In this document: positions 1 to 9,736 of the stretch, in pieces
How positions within the stretch are numbered: position 1 is the first letter of the stretch
Layout: every line of letters begins with the position of its first letter
Assembly (NCBI GenBank): GCA_052279835.1
Contig: CP181291.1
Coordinates: 800,001 to 864,000, forward strand
DNA length: 64,000 bases
Reading direction: 5' to 3'
Origin: Microcoleus sp.
GTDB taxonomy: Bacteria > Cyanobacteriota > Cyanobacteriia > Cyanobacteriales > Microcoleaceae
Program-made: the position numbers and the translations under genes
The notes under the pieces: generated by a model
Seen by the model: the letters and a program-made list of their open reading frames with translations, nothing else
What the model was told of the DNA's origin: nothing
Databases searched by the model: none

Positions 1-474
1 TTGTCCGGTGCTGGTAAGAGTACAGTGGGTCGATATTTGGCTCGTCACACCGGTGCAATTCACCTTCGTTCCGATGCTGTTCGCAAACATTTAGGTGGAA
101 TTCCTTTACATGAGCGGGGCGGGCAAGATTTGTACTCGGAGGAAATGACTGCCAAGACCTATGGTAGATTGTTAGAGTTGGGGGTAATGTTGGCAGACAG
201 AGGTTGGAAAGTGATTTTGGATGCCAAGTTCGATCGCGCTTCCTGGAGAACAGATGCGATCGCTCTGGCTCAATCTCACAATTTGCCACTGGAAATCCTT
301 TACTGCACTGCGCCAATAGAAGTATTGCGAGAACGTCTGCAACGGCGCAAGGGCGATATTACTGACGCCACAGCAGAACTATTGAATGCCCAGCAAACAG
401 CCTTTGAACCATTCACAGAATTTGAGCAAAGTTATGTAAAAATTATAGATACAATGTCAGACATTAAGCTATAA
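1..474 (+). CDS. C-terminal P-loop kinase (AAA_33-like) domain, probably of an aminoglycoside-phosphotransferase-like/kinase fusion; 5' part lies outside the window
   Basis: Walker A SGAGKST, RSDAVRKHL and VILDAKF motifs; ORF open at the window edge. Confidence 0.8.
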   Translation: MSGAGKSTVGRYLARHTGAIHLRSDAVRKHLGGIPLHERGGQDLYSEEMTAKTYGRLLELGVMLADRGWKVILDAKFDRASWRTDAIALAQSHNLPLEILYCTAPIEVLRERLQRRKGDITDATAELLNAQQTAFEPFTEFEQSYVKIIDTMSDIKL

Positions 475-545
475 TAGACATTGCCAATAATTATTGTGGA
501 ACCAGCAGAATGTCTGTTCAAAAATGGCGTTTCTGCGAAAGTCTA
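475..545. repeat. Degenerate palindromic repeat (TAGAC...GTGGAAC...GTTC...GTCTA family)
   Basis: Aligns by eye with the reverse complement of 1087-1157. Confidence 0.55.
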
Positions 546-623
546 AGAGAACCCATTGATTTTAATTTGATGCTAATCTGGTGAATATCTTTCCGTTATA
601 TTAGAAAAAGGACTTGCAAGCCG

Positions 624-947
624 ATGCCAAAATTTACTAGAGATTCCAAGGGGTTTAACCCCGCATTGATTTGGTTTGTGTTATTTACTGTGTGCTTTCG
701 CTTAATAGGCTCTACTTTGCCCATAAGTATTATCTTCGGCCTGGTGGGAGGTGGAGCAGTGGGTTTGTTGGTAGCTTGGTGGCATAATGAACTGGTACTC
801 AACCCCAATAAACGTCCCAAGGACAAACCCTCTGATGCTATCCTGAATAAAGAAGTAGTAGAAACCGGTGGCAAATACGGTAAAGGGTCTAGCCGTCAAG
901 CTTCTACATTACTGGGCTGGTTGTCAGCACCAGAGGATAAGTTTTGA
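624..947 (+). CDS. Small hypothetical membrane protein
   Basis: 107 aa ORF with two hydrophobic segments. Confidence 0.6.
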   Translation: MPKFTRDSKGFNPALIWFVLFTVCFRLIGSTLPISIIFGLVGGGAVGLLVAWWHNELVLNPNKRPKDKPSDAILNKEVVETGGKYGKGSSRQASTLLGWLSAPEDKF

Positions 948-1086
948 TTTTTAACAGTACAAGTCTAGGACTGATGCTAAGTGGCACAAGACTATGGACT
1001 TTGAGGGTGTTCTACTAATTTGAGGATGAACGAATTATCCAGGGTTTGTCGATAGTAGAACACCTTGCTTATGGTTGTGACACTGA

Positions 1087-1157
1087 TAGACATTCCCCAA
1101 AAAGCTGGTCTTGAACAGGCTGGATGGCCTGTTCCACAAGCATGATTGGAGAAGTCG
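1087..1157. repeat. Palindromic repeat, inverted homologue of 475-545
   Basis: Core GAACAGGCTGGATGGCCTGTTCCACAA hairpin. Confidence 0.55.
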
Positions 1158-1158
1158 A

Positions 1159-1953
1159 ATGTTTGTATTTCTGTCAAAGCTACTACCACTGTTTATCTAT
1201 CCTTTGGGGTTGAGTTGCTTGTTAATGCTGGCGGCTTTAATCATGGTTTTGCAACGTCGGAAATGGTCGGCTTTGCCAATGGCTGTGGCTGTAATTATTT
1301 TACTCTTGGGAAGTAGCGGTTGGGTTTCCAAGTCTCTAGTTAAATCCCTCGAATGGCAAAATTTACCAACAACAGAATTGCCCCAAGCTGATGCTATCAT
1401 TGTCTTGGGTGGTGGTGTCAAAGCTGCTTTACCGCCACGGCCTTGGGTGGAATTGGGCGAAGCTGGCGATCGCATTATTTACGCTTCTCGACTGTATCGT
1501 CAAGGAAAAGCCCCTCTGTTAATTCTCAGTGGCGGTAGAGTAGAGTGGAAAGGTGGCGGAGCTCCCGAATCGGCAGATATGGCAGAAATCGCCCAAACCA
1601 ACGGCGTACCTGCATCAGCAATTCTCCAGGAACCCGATTCACAAAATACCTATCAAAATGCAGTAAATGTCCGAAAAATTCTGGATGCTAAAAATATCAA
1701 AGGGCCGGTTTTGTTAGTCACCTCCGCAATGCACATGACTCGATCGCTCTTAATTTTCCAGCGTCAGGGAATAAAAGTAATAGCCGCGCCCACAGATTTT
1801 CACATCACCCAACAGGATATGGCAGCTTCTCAAAGCAGTTGGCAAGCAGTGATACTAAATTGTCTACCGGATACCTATCAGTTACATCAGTCAACCACAG
1901 CTTTGAAAGAATATATCGGCTTAATGGTATATCGCCTGCTGGGATGGCTGTAG
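1159..1953 (+). CDS. YdcF/ElyC-like (DUF218) membrane protein
   Basis: N-terminal TM helices; IIVLGGG, LILSGG, SQNTYQNA, LVTSAMHM and ALKEYIG motifs; ATG at 1159 preferred. Confidence 0.88.
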   Translation: MFVFLSKLLPLFIYPLGLSCLLMLAALIMVLQRRKWSALPMAVAVIILLLGSSGWVSKSLVKSLEWQNLPTTELPQADAIIVLGGGVKAALPPRPWVELGEAGDRIIYASRLYRQGKAPLLILSGGRVEWKGGGAPESADMAEIAQTNGVPASAILQEPDSQNTYQNAVNVRKILDAKNIKGPVLLVTSAMHMTRSLLIFQRQGIKVIAAPTDFHITQQDMAASQSSWQAVILNCLPDTYQLHQSTTALKEYIGLMVYRLLGWL

Positions 1954-1984
1954 GGGAATTGTTCATGGGAACATCCCGATTTTG

Positions 1985-2060
1985 CATAGGCTTTCGCATG
2001 ACCGCAGAAAATTTATTAGCGATAACGAGAGATTTACAGCCCTCATGCTACAGCCTATAC
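1985..2060. repeat. Palindromic element of the GGCGAAGCAT...ATGCTTCGCC family (degenerate copy)
   Basis: Shares GCATGACCGCAGA.AATTTATTAGCGATAAC with 57941-58017. Confidence 0.7.
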
Positions 2061-2168
2061 GAATATATTTGCACTCATTGGAGATTGCAGATTTGCGATT
2101 GAAAATTAAAAAATATGTTAGCTTAAAGTGATTAAAACTAATATCTGGCATAGTCGCCCCAAACAATT

Positions 2169-2402
2169 ATGTTGCCCCACGAGTTGCAAAGCATTGTCCC
2201 AGAACCGACTCCCACGGCCGAAATTTTCCAAAGAAACCAAATTGTCCGCGAGTTTTACGAAGAAGTTAAGTATCGTAAAGAACTGAATCTGCACTGTCAG
2301 TGGTACTATGCTACAGCCAAAAAGCATCAACAGGAATTGCAGAAAATGCAAGGAGATTTGAATATTTTTGGGTGGTTCTGTCGTGGTAGGCAAAAAAAGT
2401 AA
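2169..2402 (+). CDS. Small hypothetical protein
   Basis: 77 aa ORF followed by a terminator-like hairpin. Confidence 0.6.
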   Translation: MLPHELQSIVPEPTPTAEIFQRNQIVREFYEEVKYRKELNLHCQWYYATAKKHQQELQKMQGDLNIFGWFCRGRQKK

Positions 2403-2425
2403 GAGTTTAACCAGCGGAAATTCAT

Positions 2426-2464
2426 AAAAAAACCGAAGCAGTGTGATTTTCCGCTTCGGTTTTC
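2426..2464. terminator. Bidirectional hairpin terminator between convergent genes
   Basis: AAAAAAACCGAAGC...GCTTCGGTTTTT inverted repeat with A/T tails. Confidence 0.65.
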
Positions 2465-2480
2465 TGGTTTTTTGATAGAC

Positions 2481-2714
2481 CTAAACTTCAGAAGATATTA
2501 ATTCAACTTCATCTTCTCTGAGATGAGCTTTGAATTTTTTGTCAAACTGTACTAAAATCGGCCAATTGGCACTGACAGGTCTACCTTGCCATTCTTTAAC
2601 GATGGCTACTACTTCTCCTTCCATATCCTTGACATCAAATGGTTGATTGCGATTTTGAGGATGGTGGTAGACAACAACAGAGTTTTTAATGCAAACGCGA
2701 TCGCCAACTTTCAT
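2481..2714 (-). CDS. ftrV: Ferredoxin-thioredoxin reductase variable chain
   Basis: MKVGDRV...VVVYHHP...GRPVSANWP...FKAHL signature. Confidence 0.93.
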   Translation of the reverse strand: MKVGDRVCIKNSVVVYHHPQNRNQPFDVKDMEGEVVAIVKEWQGRPVSANWPILVQFDKKFKAHLREDEVELISSEV

Positions 2715-2834
2715 AGGTTATAAAATTTAGTGTTCTTTCTTCACAACTTTGCAAAGCTTACTTAAAACTTGTATGCTTTGCGAACTGTTTATTCATCTTC
2801 TCACAGAAGCTGAACTAAAATTTAAAGTTGGGTG

Positions 2835-2971
2835 GGGGCGGGTTTACGAGATTGTGGGTTTTAGGCAATTATTTCGGTGAACCGGTACATTTGAATTTAC
2901 CGTTGGGGGCGGGCGGGTTTATTGAGATGGTTGATTCTTCTTATATATTGTTGGTGAAACCCGCCCCTACA
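2835..2971. repeat. REP-like palindromes GGGCGGGTTT...AAACCCGCCCCTAC (one partial and one full copy)
   Basis: Inverted arms at 2911-2920 and 2957-2971; same family as the insert at 27501-27563. Confidence 0.75.
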
Positions 2972-2982
2972 GGATGTGGGGG

Positions 2983-5751
2983 TTAATCGGAAAACGATCG
3001 CCCTAACTGCTGCAACCAACACTCAACATCAACGGCTAGGGTTTGACCCAACTCCAGCAACTGTCGAATCACAGGCAACTCCCAGCCACTCTCTGACTCA
3101 ACGATATCCAACTCAGTAAGGTCGATCGCACTTTCAGTCATCGGAGTTGCTTGTCGTTGCAACCAGCCCAAACACAGAGGCACAATTTGACTGTACATGG
3201 AATCAAAATACAGCTCCTGGGATCTATCCAAACACAAACCCAACTCCAGGCGATTCCCAACAGCAATCAAACGCTCAATCGTGCGAATATCAAGTTCTAA
3301 CTCGGCAGGAGACAGCAGCGTCACATCAGAACCCTCTTGCAGCAGCGCCTTCAGAGACCGGTAAATCAACTTTTCCAAAATGTGCTTGACTTCAGGAACC
3401 TTCAGCCGACAGCGGAGGTGGCTAGCTTCTGTCGAAATTGCTTCGATTTCCGCCAGCAGGGAATCCCCGTCAGCAGTTTCCTGTTCCAGGGCCTTGGCCG
3501 CCGTCAAACAGCGGTGTCCCAAGGCCACTTCCGCGGCCACCTGCAACTCCATAGGGACGATCAACTCGTCGCGGTGGAAGGCCATCATCACCCCGTAATT
3601 TTCGCGGTAAACCTGAGTGTAAAGCTGATCTAACCTGGTCAAATTTTCCTGACTCAGCAGCCGGACAATCCGATGACGTTCCTCAGCGAACAAATTCCGC
3701 AAGCTAAAGGATTGATCCCCGAACAGGCGAACCATTTCCAGAATGGCGTGGGCTGCGGAAGCTTCTTGCAAAACCGCAAACAGCCGTTCTTTGAGCATGG
3801 TGTAAGACCGGCGGCTACCGAAAGGCTGAATGCAGCAGTGGAAGTCCCAGCCGCCAAGGTAGAACGCGGCAAATACAAACACTTCGGTTTCCCGTGTAAT
3901 TTCTGAGGTTAATTCCAGTTGACCTACGGCCAGAGTCATGGAGCCCATGCGCTGAATTTGGAAATCTAGCTGCTGGGCTAGATAGCAGTAAACTCGTTGT
4001 TCGCGGGGATATTTGGCAAACAGGGAACTGATGGCGTAGTGGGCTGCAACTTGCTTGAGACTGACTTGGGCGGTGGTGACAAGTTGGCGATAGACTTCTG
4101 CACCTGTTCTGAAGCATTCCACATTACTTGGTACTAGGTTAAGTCGATCGACAAAATCCTTTTCTAACTGGACACCAGTCACTTCCCCAGCCAATTCCAG
4201 CGCACGGGCTGCGTAGCGCAAAATCTGCACCCCTTCGGGGCGGGATATTTCTTCAAAAAACCAGCCGCAGCTAGTGAACATTAACAGGGCGTGGCGCTGC
4301 ATTTCCAGCAGTCGCAAGGCGTCTACTTGTTCGGCGGCTTCTAGGGGGCGAACTTGATGTTTGGAGAAGAATTGGTCAATGTTGGCGGTCGATCGATCGC
4401 CCATAACATCAATATATTCATCTCGCGCCGCCCAGGGATCGCTAAACAACTTGCGCCCCGCTTCCTCATAAATTGGTATGAGTCGATCGCGCAGCCAATT
4501 TAGAGTATCTCGCAAAGGTCGGCGCCATTTGAGATGCCATCCGCCACCACCACCGCAGCCACAATCATCTTGCCAGCGATCGACCCCATGAGAACAACTC
4601 CAAGCTGTCACTGGTTTGAGTTCCACTTCCCAATCGCTAGGATTTTGGCTTAAATAGTGAGCAAAATTCGTCACCGTCCAGCCGCGGCGGGGAAACTCTT
4701 CTGTGAAGGCGTAGGCTAGGCATTTTTCGGTACTATTTTTGTGGTGTCCGAAGGTTTCGCCGTCGGTGGCGACGGAGATTAATTGAGATTTTCGGTGGTC
4801 CCCCCGCACGGCTTGACCCAAGCGCCCTACTAAGTGGTTGCTGCTGCTGAGAACATCATTAAAGCCCATATCCCGCGAGATTGGGCCATCGTAGAAAAAG
4901 ATATCGATGTAGGGAGTATTAGTTGTGGGTTCGGAATTATGCGCGTTGGCGCGACTCAAATTGTGACTGCTAAGGGGGGAGAGTTGGTGGGAAACTGCCA
5001 GCCGCAGTTCTGGTTTCAAGTAGCAGCGGTAGGGGCGAGTCGGATCGATTTGACCTCCCCCGACTTCGCGCCATTCGGGATCGCTATTGTCATGACCTGG
5101 AAGTTGGCGGCAGCGTTCGGCTTGGGAGGGGGCGAGGACGATGAAGCGAATGCCCTCAGCTACCAAAACTTCGAGGGTGGCGTAGTCTACCGCAGTTTCG
5201 GCCAGCCACATTCCTTCGGGGGCGCGATCGAACCGGGAACGGAAATCTGCGATCCCCCAGCGAATTTGGGTTTTTTTGTCTCGCTCGTTGGCCAGCGGCA
5301 TGATGATGTGATTGTATACTTGGGCGATCGCGTTACCATGACCATTGAGTCTTTGACAGCTTTTGCGATCGGCTTCCAGAATCCGTTGATATACTTCCTC
5401 GTCGTAGCGTTCCAGCCAACTCATCAGGGTCGGGCCGATGTTGAAGCTGAGATATTCGTAGTTATTGACGATCCCCGCGACTTCGCCACGATCGTTGAGG
5501 ATGCGCGCAAAGGCGTTGGGGCGATAGCATTCCTTGTCTATGCGTTCGTTCCAGTCGTGGAAGGGATGGGCGCTGGCTTGGCGTTCGATCGCATCTAGGT
5601 AAGGGTTTTCCCGTGGTGGCTGGTAGAAGTGACCGTGAACCGTCACGCATACTCCTGTGGCTGTAGCCACCATGTTTTGGGTTCCGGCCGTTGTTTCCCG
5701 TGTGTCGGAGAAACTCAGCGCAGCGGATTTAGTCTGAGAAATGGAAACCAT
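2983..5751 (-). CDS. Glycoside hydrolase family 57 protein with DUF3536-like C-terminal region
   Basis: HGHFYQPPRENP, GMWLAETAVD, ATDGETFGHH, AWSCSHGV and MFTSCGWFF motifs. Confidence 0.92.
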   Translation of the reverse strand: MVSISQTKSAALSFSDTRETTAGTQNMVATATGVCVTVHGHFYQPPRENPYLDAIERQASAHPFHDWNERIDKECYRPNAFARILNDRGEVAGIVNNYEYLSFNIGPTLMSWLERYDEEVYQRILEADRKSCQRLNGHGNAIAQVYNHIIMPLANERDKKTQIRWGIADFRSRFDRAPEGMWLAETAVDYATLEVLVAEGIRFIVLAPSQAERCRQLPGHDNSDPEWREVGGGQIDPTRPYRCYLKPELRLAVSHQLSPLSSHNLSRANAHNSEPTTNTPYIDIFFYDGPISRDMGFNDVLSSSNHLVGRLGQAVRGDHRKSQLISVATDGETFGHHKNSTEKCLAYAFTEEFPRRGWTVTNFAHYLSQNPSDWEVELKPVTAWSCSHGVDRWQDDCGCGGGGGWHLKWRRPLRDTLNWLRDRLIPIYEEAGRKLFSDPWAARDEYIDVMGDRSTANIDQFFSKHQVRPLEAAEQVDALRLLEMQRHALLMFTSCGWFFEEISRPEGVQILRYAARALELAGEVTGVQLEKDFVDRLNLVPSNVECFRTGAEVYRQLVTTAQVSLKQVAAHYAISSLFAKYPREQRVYCYLAQQLDFQIQRMGSMTLAVGQLELTSEITRETEVFVFAAFYLGGWDFHCCIQPFGSRRSYTMLKERLFAVLQEASAAHAILEMVRLFGDQSFSLRNLFAEERHRIVRLLSQENLTRLDQLYTQVYRENYGVMMAFHRDELIVPMELQVAAEVALGHRCLTAAKALEQETADGDSLLAEIEAISTEASHLRCRLKVPEVKHILEKLIYRSLKALLQEGSDVTLLSPAELELDIRTIERLIAVGNRLELGLCLDRSQELYFDSMYSQIVPLCLGWLQRQATPMTESAIDLTELDIVESESGWELPVIRQLLELGQTLAVDVECWLQQLGRSFSD

Positions 5752-6582
5752 TCGATCGAATCCTCAAGTAGTTTAAAGACAACAAAAACCGCAAGAATTA
5801 ATTGCAGAAACTTTTGACAGTGCGCGTTTGAGCGTCAGGTATCTGTCATGGCTAATTTTTGCTAAACAAATTTTGATACATCTGTTGTAGTAGTGTGGCA
5901 AAGCATTCGTTCCGAGATGCCGATCGTCAATCCCTGAGTTTTTCCGTAAATGCTTTGTTGTTGAGTTAGTTAAAAAATGTGCTGTTCCTGCTTTCTGGCA
6001 CTTGCGACCCATTTCAGGTTAGTGTTTGCAGGGTTGTTGATTGAGTTTTTATTTACATGGCTGGATCGTAAAGTGTAATTCATTAAATAGCAAGTTTCCG
6101 CCGTAAAAATTTAATGTTTGGGCTATAGACTTTGGCGGCTGTGGAGAGCGGTTTAACGCCCGATCGATTGATATAATCAGGGTTTGGGCCGAGTTTTGCA
6201 CCATTCTCTATTTGCCAGTTGGGTAATTCCTGTAGGAGTGGTGCCAAGTGGGCGATCGGGGGCAGATTTGCTGCAAATGTACTTTCCAGAAAAGCTGTAA
6301 CGGTGGCGGGGTGTCAAAAGGTGGCCAACAAGCAAAATATTAATGATTATATCTTTTAACGCGCGATCGGTCTGGGGGGGCAGAGCAACTGAAGGAGGAT
6401 GAGTTAGAAGCTAGTGTTTTCACAACAAATAAATTAATGGAAGGAGACACCTAATTATGTTAACCTCAAACCTCTTTTAGATATACCTTGCTCAGTTTAA
6501 TAAACTTATAGCTGAGGGAGAGGCAATGAATGATAAGGTATTTTATAAATACCAAATTTTAAATTTTGAGGTTTAAATCAGT

Positions 6583-7086
6583 GTGGATCTGAATACCAAA
6601 AAAGAGGAATTTAGCTATGCTTATGTCTATGGGGTAACAGCCTCTGCCGGCTACTCATTCCAAATAGCTCCACGTCCCTTAGATGCAGAAGGAGTTGACG
6701 TAATTCTGACAGGTTTGGGACTATCAAAATCAACGCGCCGCCCCCGCCTAGATGTCCAAATAAAATGCACCTCCAGAAAATTACTCGATAATGAAATTAT
6801 CCGATATCCCCTAGAAGTTAAAAACTATGAAGAATTAAGGCTAGAAAACCCTTTTGTCCCCCGCATTCTCATTATCGTTTTAGTACCAGACAGCGAAGAG
6901 GATTGGTTGCGCCAGTCTCAACAAGAACTCTGCCTTCGCTATTGTGGCTACTGGGCATCATTGCGGGGGCTACCGCCCACCCAAAATCAAAACACTGTCA
7001 CTGTTCAAATACCCACACAAAACATTTTCAACAGAGATGCTTTAAAAACTCTCATGCAGCGAATTGAATCAGGAGAACTCCTATGA
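6583..7086 (+). CDS. DUF4365-like PD-(D/E)XK-fold protein
   Basis: KEEFSYAY, D.EGVD, LDVQIK and GYWASL motifs. Confidence 0.8.
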   Translation: MDLNTKKEEFSYAYVYGVTASAGYSFQIAPRPLDAEGVDVILTGLGLSKSTRRPRLDVQIKCTSRKLLDNEIIRYPLEVKNYEELRLENPFVPRILIIVLVPDSEEDWLRQSQQELCLRYCGYWASLRGLPPTQNQNTVTVQIPTQNIFNRDALKTLMQRIESGELL

Positions 7087-7625
7087 TAGTAACAGTCCGC
7101 GATCCCGATATTCTCAAAACCTTAGAACCGCCTAAAGTCGCTGCTTACTTACAAAAAAACGGATGGCACGAACAAAGTCGAGACGGTGACAAATCATCCA
7201 TCTGGACTCGCAAGAATGAAGCAGGCGAAGACTACGAAATCTTGTTAGCTCTCAAACCAAAAGTCAGCGGTTTTGCTCTGCGGATGTATGAAGTCATGGA
7301 AACCTTAGAAATCGCTGAAAAACGCTCTCAACTTGAAATATTAGCAGACCTAATTACCTCACTTCCTAATATTACCTTAGAGGGAATTGTTATGCAAATA
7401 CATAGCCAAAATGCCCAAAATTTAAGTGGTGAGATTACTCTCTTAGGTGTTGTTGCTGACAAATTGCGAAAAATTGAAACCTCACTCGGAGACAAAGATT
7501 ATATTCTGGCTATTAAAGCCTATCAAGAACGCTTACCTATTTTCTGTACGGGCGACTTAATCAAAGACAACAACACCTTTATCCTGAAAAATCCCCACAA
7601 CTTAACCATCGATGAATTGTGGTAA
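7083..7625 (+). CDS. Hypothetical partner of the DUF4365-like gene (translationally coupled)
   Basis: ATGA start/stop overlap at 7083-7086; 180 aa ORF. Confidence 0.75.
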   Translation: MIVTVRDPDILKTLEPPKVAAYLQKNGWHEQSRDGDKSSIWTRKNEAGEDYEILLALKPKVSGFALRMYEVMETLEIAEKRSQLEILADLITSLPNITLEGIVMQIHSQNAQNLSGEITLLGVVADKLRKIETSLGDKDYILAIKAYQERLPIFCTGDLIKDNNTFILKNPHNLTIDELW

Positions 7626-7653
7626 AACTAACAGATTTTGTCGAATATCTGTA

Positions 7654-8469
7654 TTAAATGCCTTCCAAACACAAAGCGAGCTCTCTAGCAAAATCCTCCG
7701 GCGCATCCAGCATCAGCCAGTGTCCAGTATCCGGGATCGTAGTAGTCTTGAGTGTGGGACGCAGGATGTGGAGGCTGAACGGAAAAGCATTGGAGGGAGC
7801 AATAATTGCGTGGACTCGTGTTCCTGGGGCTGCTAGGTAGCGATCGAGCGCATTGACTGCCTCAAAGGCAAACATACCACGATACATTCCAAACAGCCGA
7901 TCGCGCGGAGTCGCCGCCAAATTAGCCAAAATCCGCTCGCGCGTACCCGCCACACTTCCTGTGAGTGCATCATTAAAACCCACTTCCACCGCAGCCCGCC
8001 AATCCTCCGTCTCCAACGCTCTCTGGAACGGAACTAACTGTGCCTCGTACACCTCTACGGACACCTTGGTAAAGTCTCCTGGCGGGTCTACTAGAATCAA
8101 CTGGGCGATGCGCTGTGGTGCGGTGGCAGCAGTAGCAAGGGCAATACAAGCACCGAAACTGTGCCCGACGATCGCCACTCGATCTAGTCCCAGTCGATCG
8201 AGCACAGCCAAAACATCCGCCGCACAAGAGACAGGGGCGTAGTTCCCATCCTCCGGCACCGCGGAATCACCATGTCCCCGCACATCCAGGGCGATCGCCC
8301 GTCGGCTATGGGCTACACGCGCCTGCTGCGTATCCCAGATCTTCGCGGTTTCCACCATACCGTGCACAAACACCACCGGTAGCGCTTCCGACTCCCCACT
8401 GGTGACAGAGGGGCTGGCTTGTAGAATGTGAATCGGGCCGATCGGTCCTTGAATAATTGTCGATCGCAT
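7654..8469 (-). CDS. Alpha/beta fold hydrolase
   Basis: FVHG, DVRGHGDS, GHSFG nucleophile elbow, GHWL catalytic His. Confidence 0.92.
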   Translation of the reverse strand: MRSTIIQGPIGPIHILQASPSVTSGESEALPVVFVHGMVETAKIWDTQQARVAHSRRAIALDVRGHGDSAVPEDGNYAPVSCAADVLAVLDRLGLDRVAIVGHSFGACIALATAATAPQRIAQLILVDPPGDFTKVSVEVYEAQLVPFQRALETEDWRAAVEVGFNDALTGSVAGTRERILANLAATPRDRLFGMYRGMFAFEAVNALDRYLAAPGTRVHAIIAPSNAFPFSLHILRPTLKTTTIPDTGHWLMLDAPEDFARELALCLEGI

Positions 8470-8502
8470 AAAATTTTCTCCTCAATTTTAATCTTCCTGT
8501 TT

Positions 8503-9709
8503 TTAAACAACCAATTTTACCTCTGTTACTCCTTGGCGCAACTCATACTGTCCTTTCACCCAAAATTGTTTAATTCTTTCACCCAAAAATGGAGCCAATT
8601 GCATCATCAATAAACGCACAAATCCATTATTTCGCAATTGTTCGCCTTTCCATGCTTCTTGTGCTTGCAGTTGTTGGGCGCGCCTAATTTCTGGTTCCCG
8701 TTCGGCCTGAATCTGCGATAATGCTAAATCAATATCCTCAACATTAGCCCCTGCTTTCAATAAAGGTACAAGGTGATTTGCCGCCACAATTACATCACGA
8801 AAACCCATATTAATTCCTTGGGCGCGCACCGGAGACATGGGGTGGGCGGCATCCCCCAAAAGTAGGATTCCTGGCTGGTACCAGCGCGGACAACGACCAA
8901 CTACTACAGATAGTCGCATCGGAGATTCTATGGTATCTTTATGGTTACGGAAATGCTCGGCCATCCATAAAGGCGATCGCGATGCGAAAGTTTCCGCCCA
9001 ATCTGTGTGTTTGCGATCGGCTTTGTCCCTGGGCTGATAACACCCAAGCCAGATGCAGTTTGCCATCTTCTGCGCCGTGAAAAACACTGAATGCACTACC
9101 ATCATTTAGGATAGAATAAAAGATATTATCCGCCACAAACCGAGGATGAGCAGCCAGTTTAAACCACAGCACATCGATACTATTCTGCTGTTTCACCAAC
9201 TCCAATCCAGCCCGTTGTCGTACCACGGAGTTTCTACCGTCAGTACCAATGACAAGCGTCGCCGAAATCTCTCGCCCATCTGCTAATTTGACGCCAGAAA
9301 TGCGATCGCTGTTGTAAATTAAATCTTTTACCGGAACACCTTGGATCAATTCAAATTCTGGATGCAATTGAGCGGCTGCAATTAGTGCTTCAATTAAGGG
9401 CGGCTGAGAAACTAGGGTACAAGGTTGATTGGAACCCATGGGCTCATCAACTCGAAATAATAGTCGATCGCCTACAATAAACTCCCAACCATCTATTTTT
9501 CGGTGTGGTACACTTGGGAGCATGGAGGATAAGCCCATTTGGGCGATCGCATCCAATCCACTCGGCATTAAACCTTCACCACGAAACACTCGGTAGTAAT
9601 CTTTTGCAGCCTCAACCAAGGTAACACTAATCCCTCGTTTCACCAGCAGCAAAGCAAGTGACGCACCCGTTGGCCCCGCTCCCACAATTACAACTTGCAT
9701 CGCTGGCAT
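8503..9709 (-). pseudogene. FAD-dependent monooxygenase (UbiH-like), split by a frameshift near 9030
   Basis: 5' ORF has GAGPTG and DGRNS; overlapping 3' ORF has GDAAHPMSPVRAQGIN; removing one base in GCCCAGGGAC joins them. Confidence 0.85.
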
Positions 9710-9736
9710 TTCTGATAGTTCGCTAATTTCTTCCCA

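Noticed and set aside
4834..5598. 254-aa plus-strand ORF
   Set aside because: Antisense shadow of the GH57 gene with no recognisable motifs
5752..6582. 830-bp intergenic gap as a possible ncRNA or riboswitch
   Set aside because: No recognisable RNA motif; consistent with divergent promoters. An Rfam search would be needed
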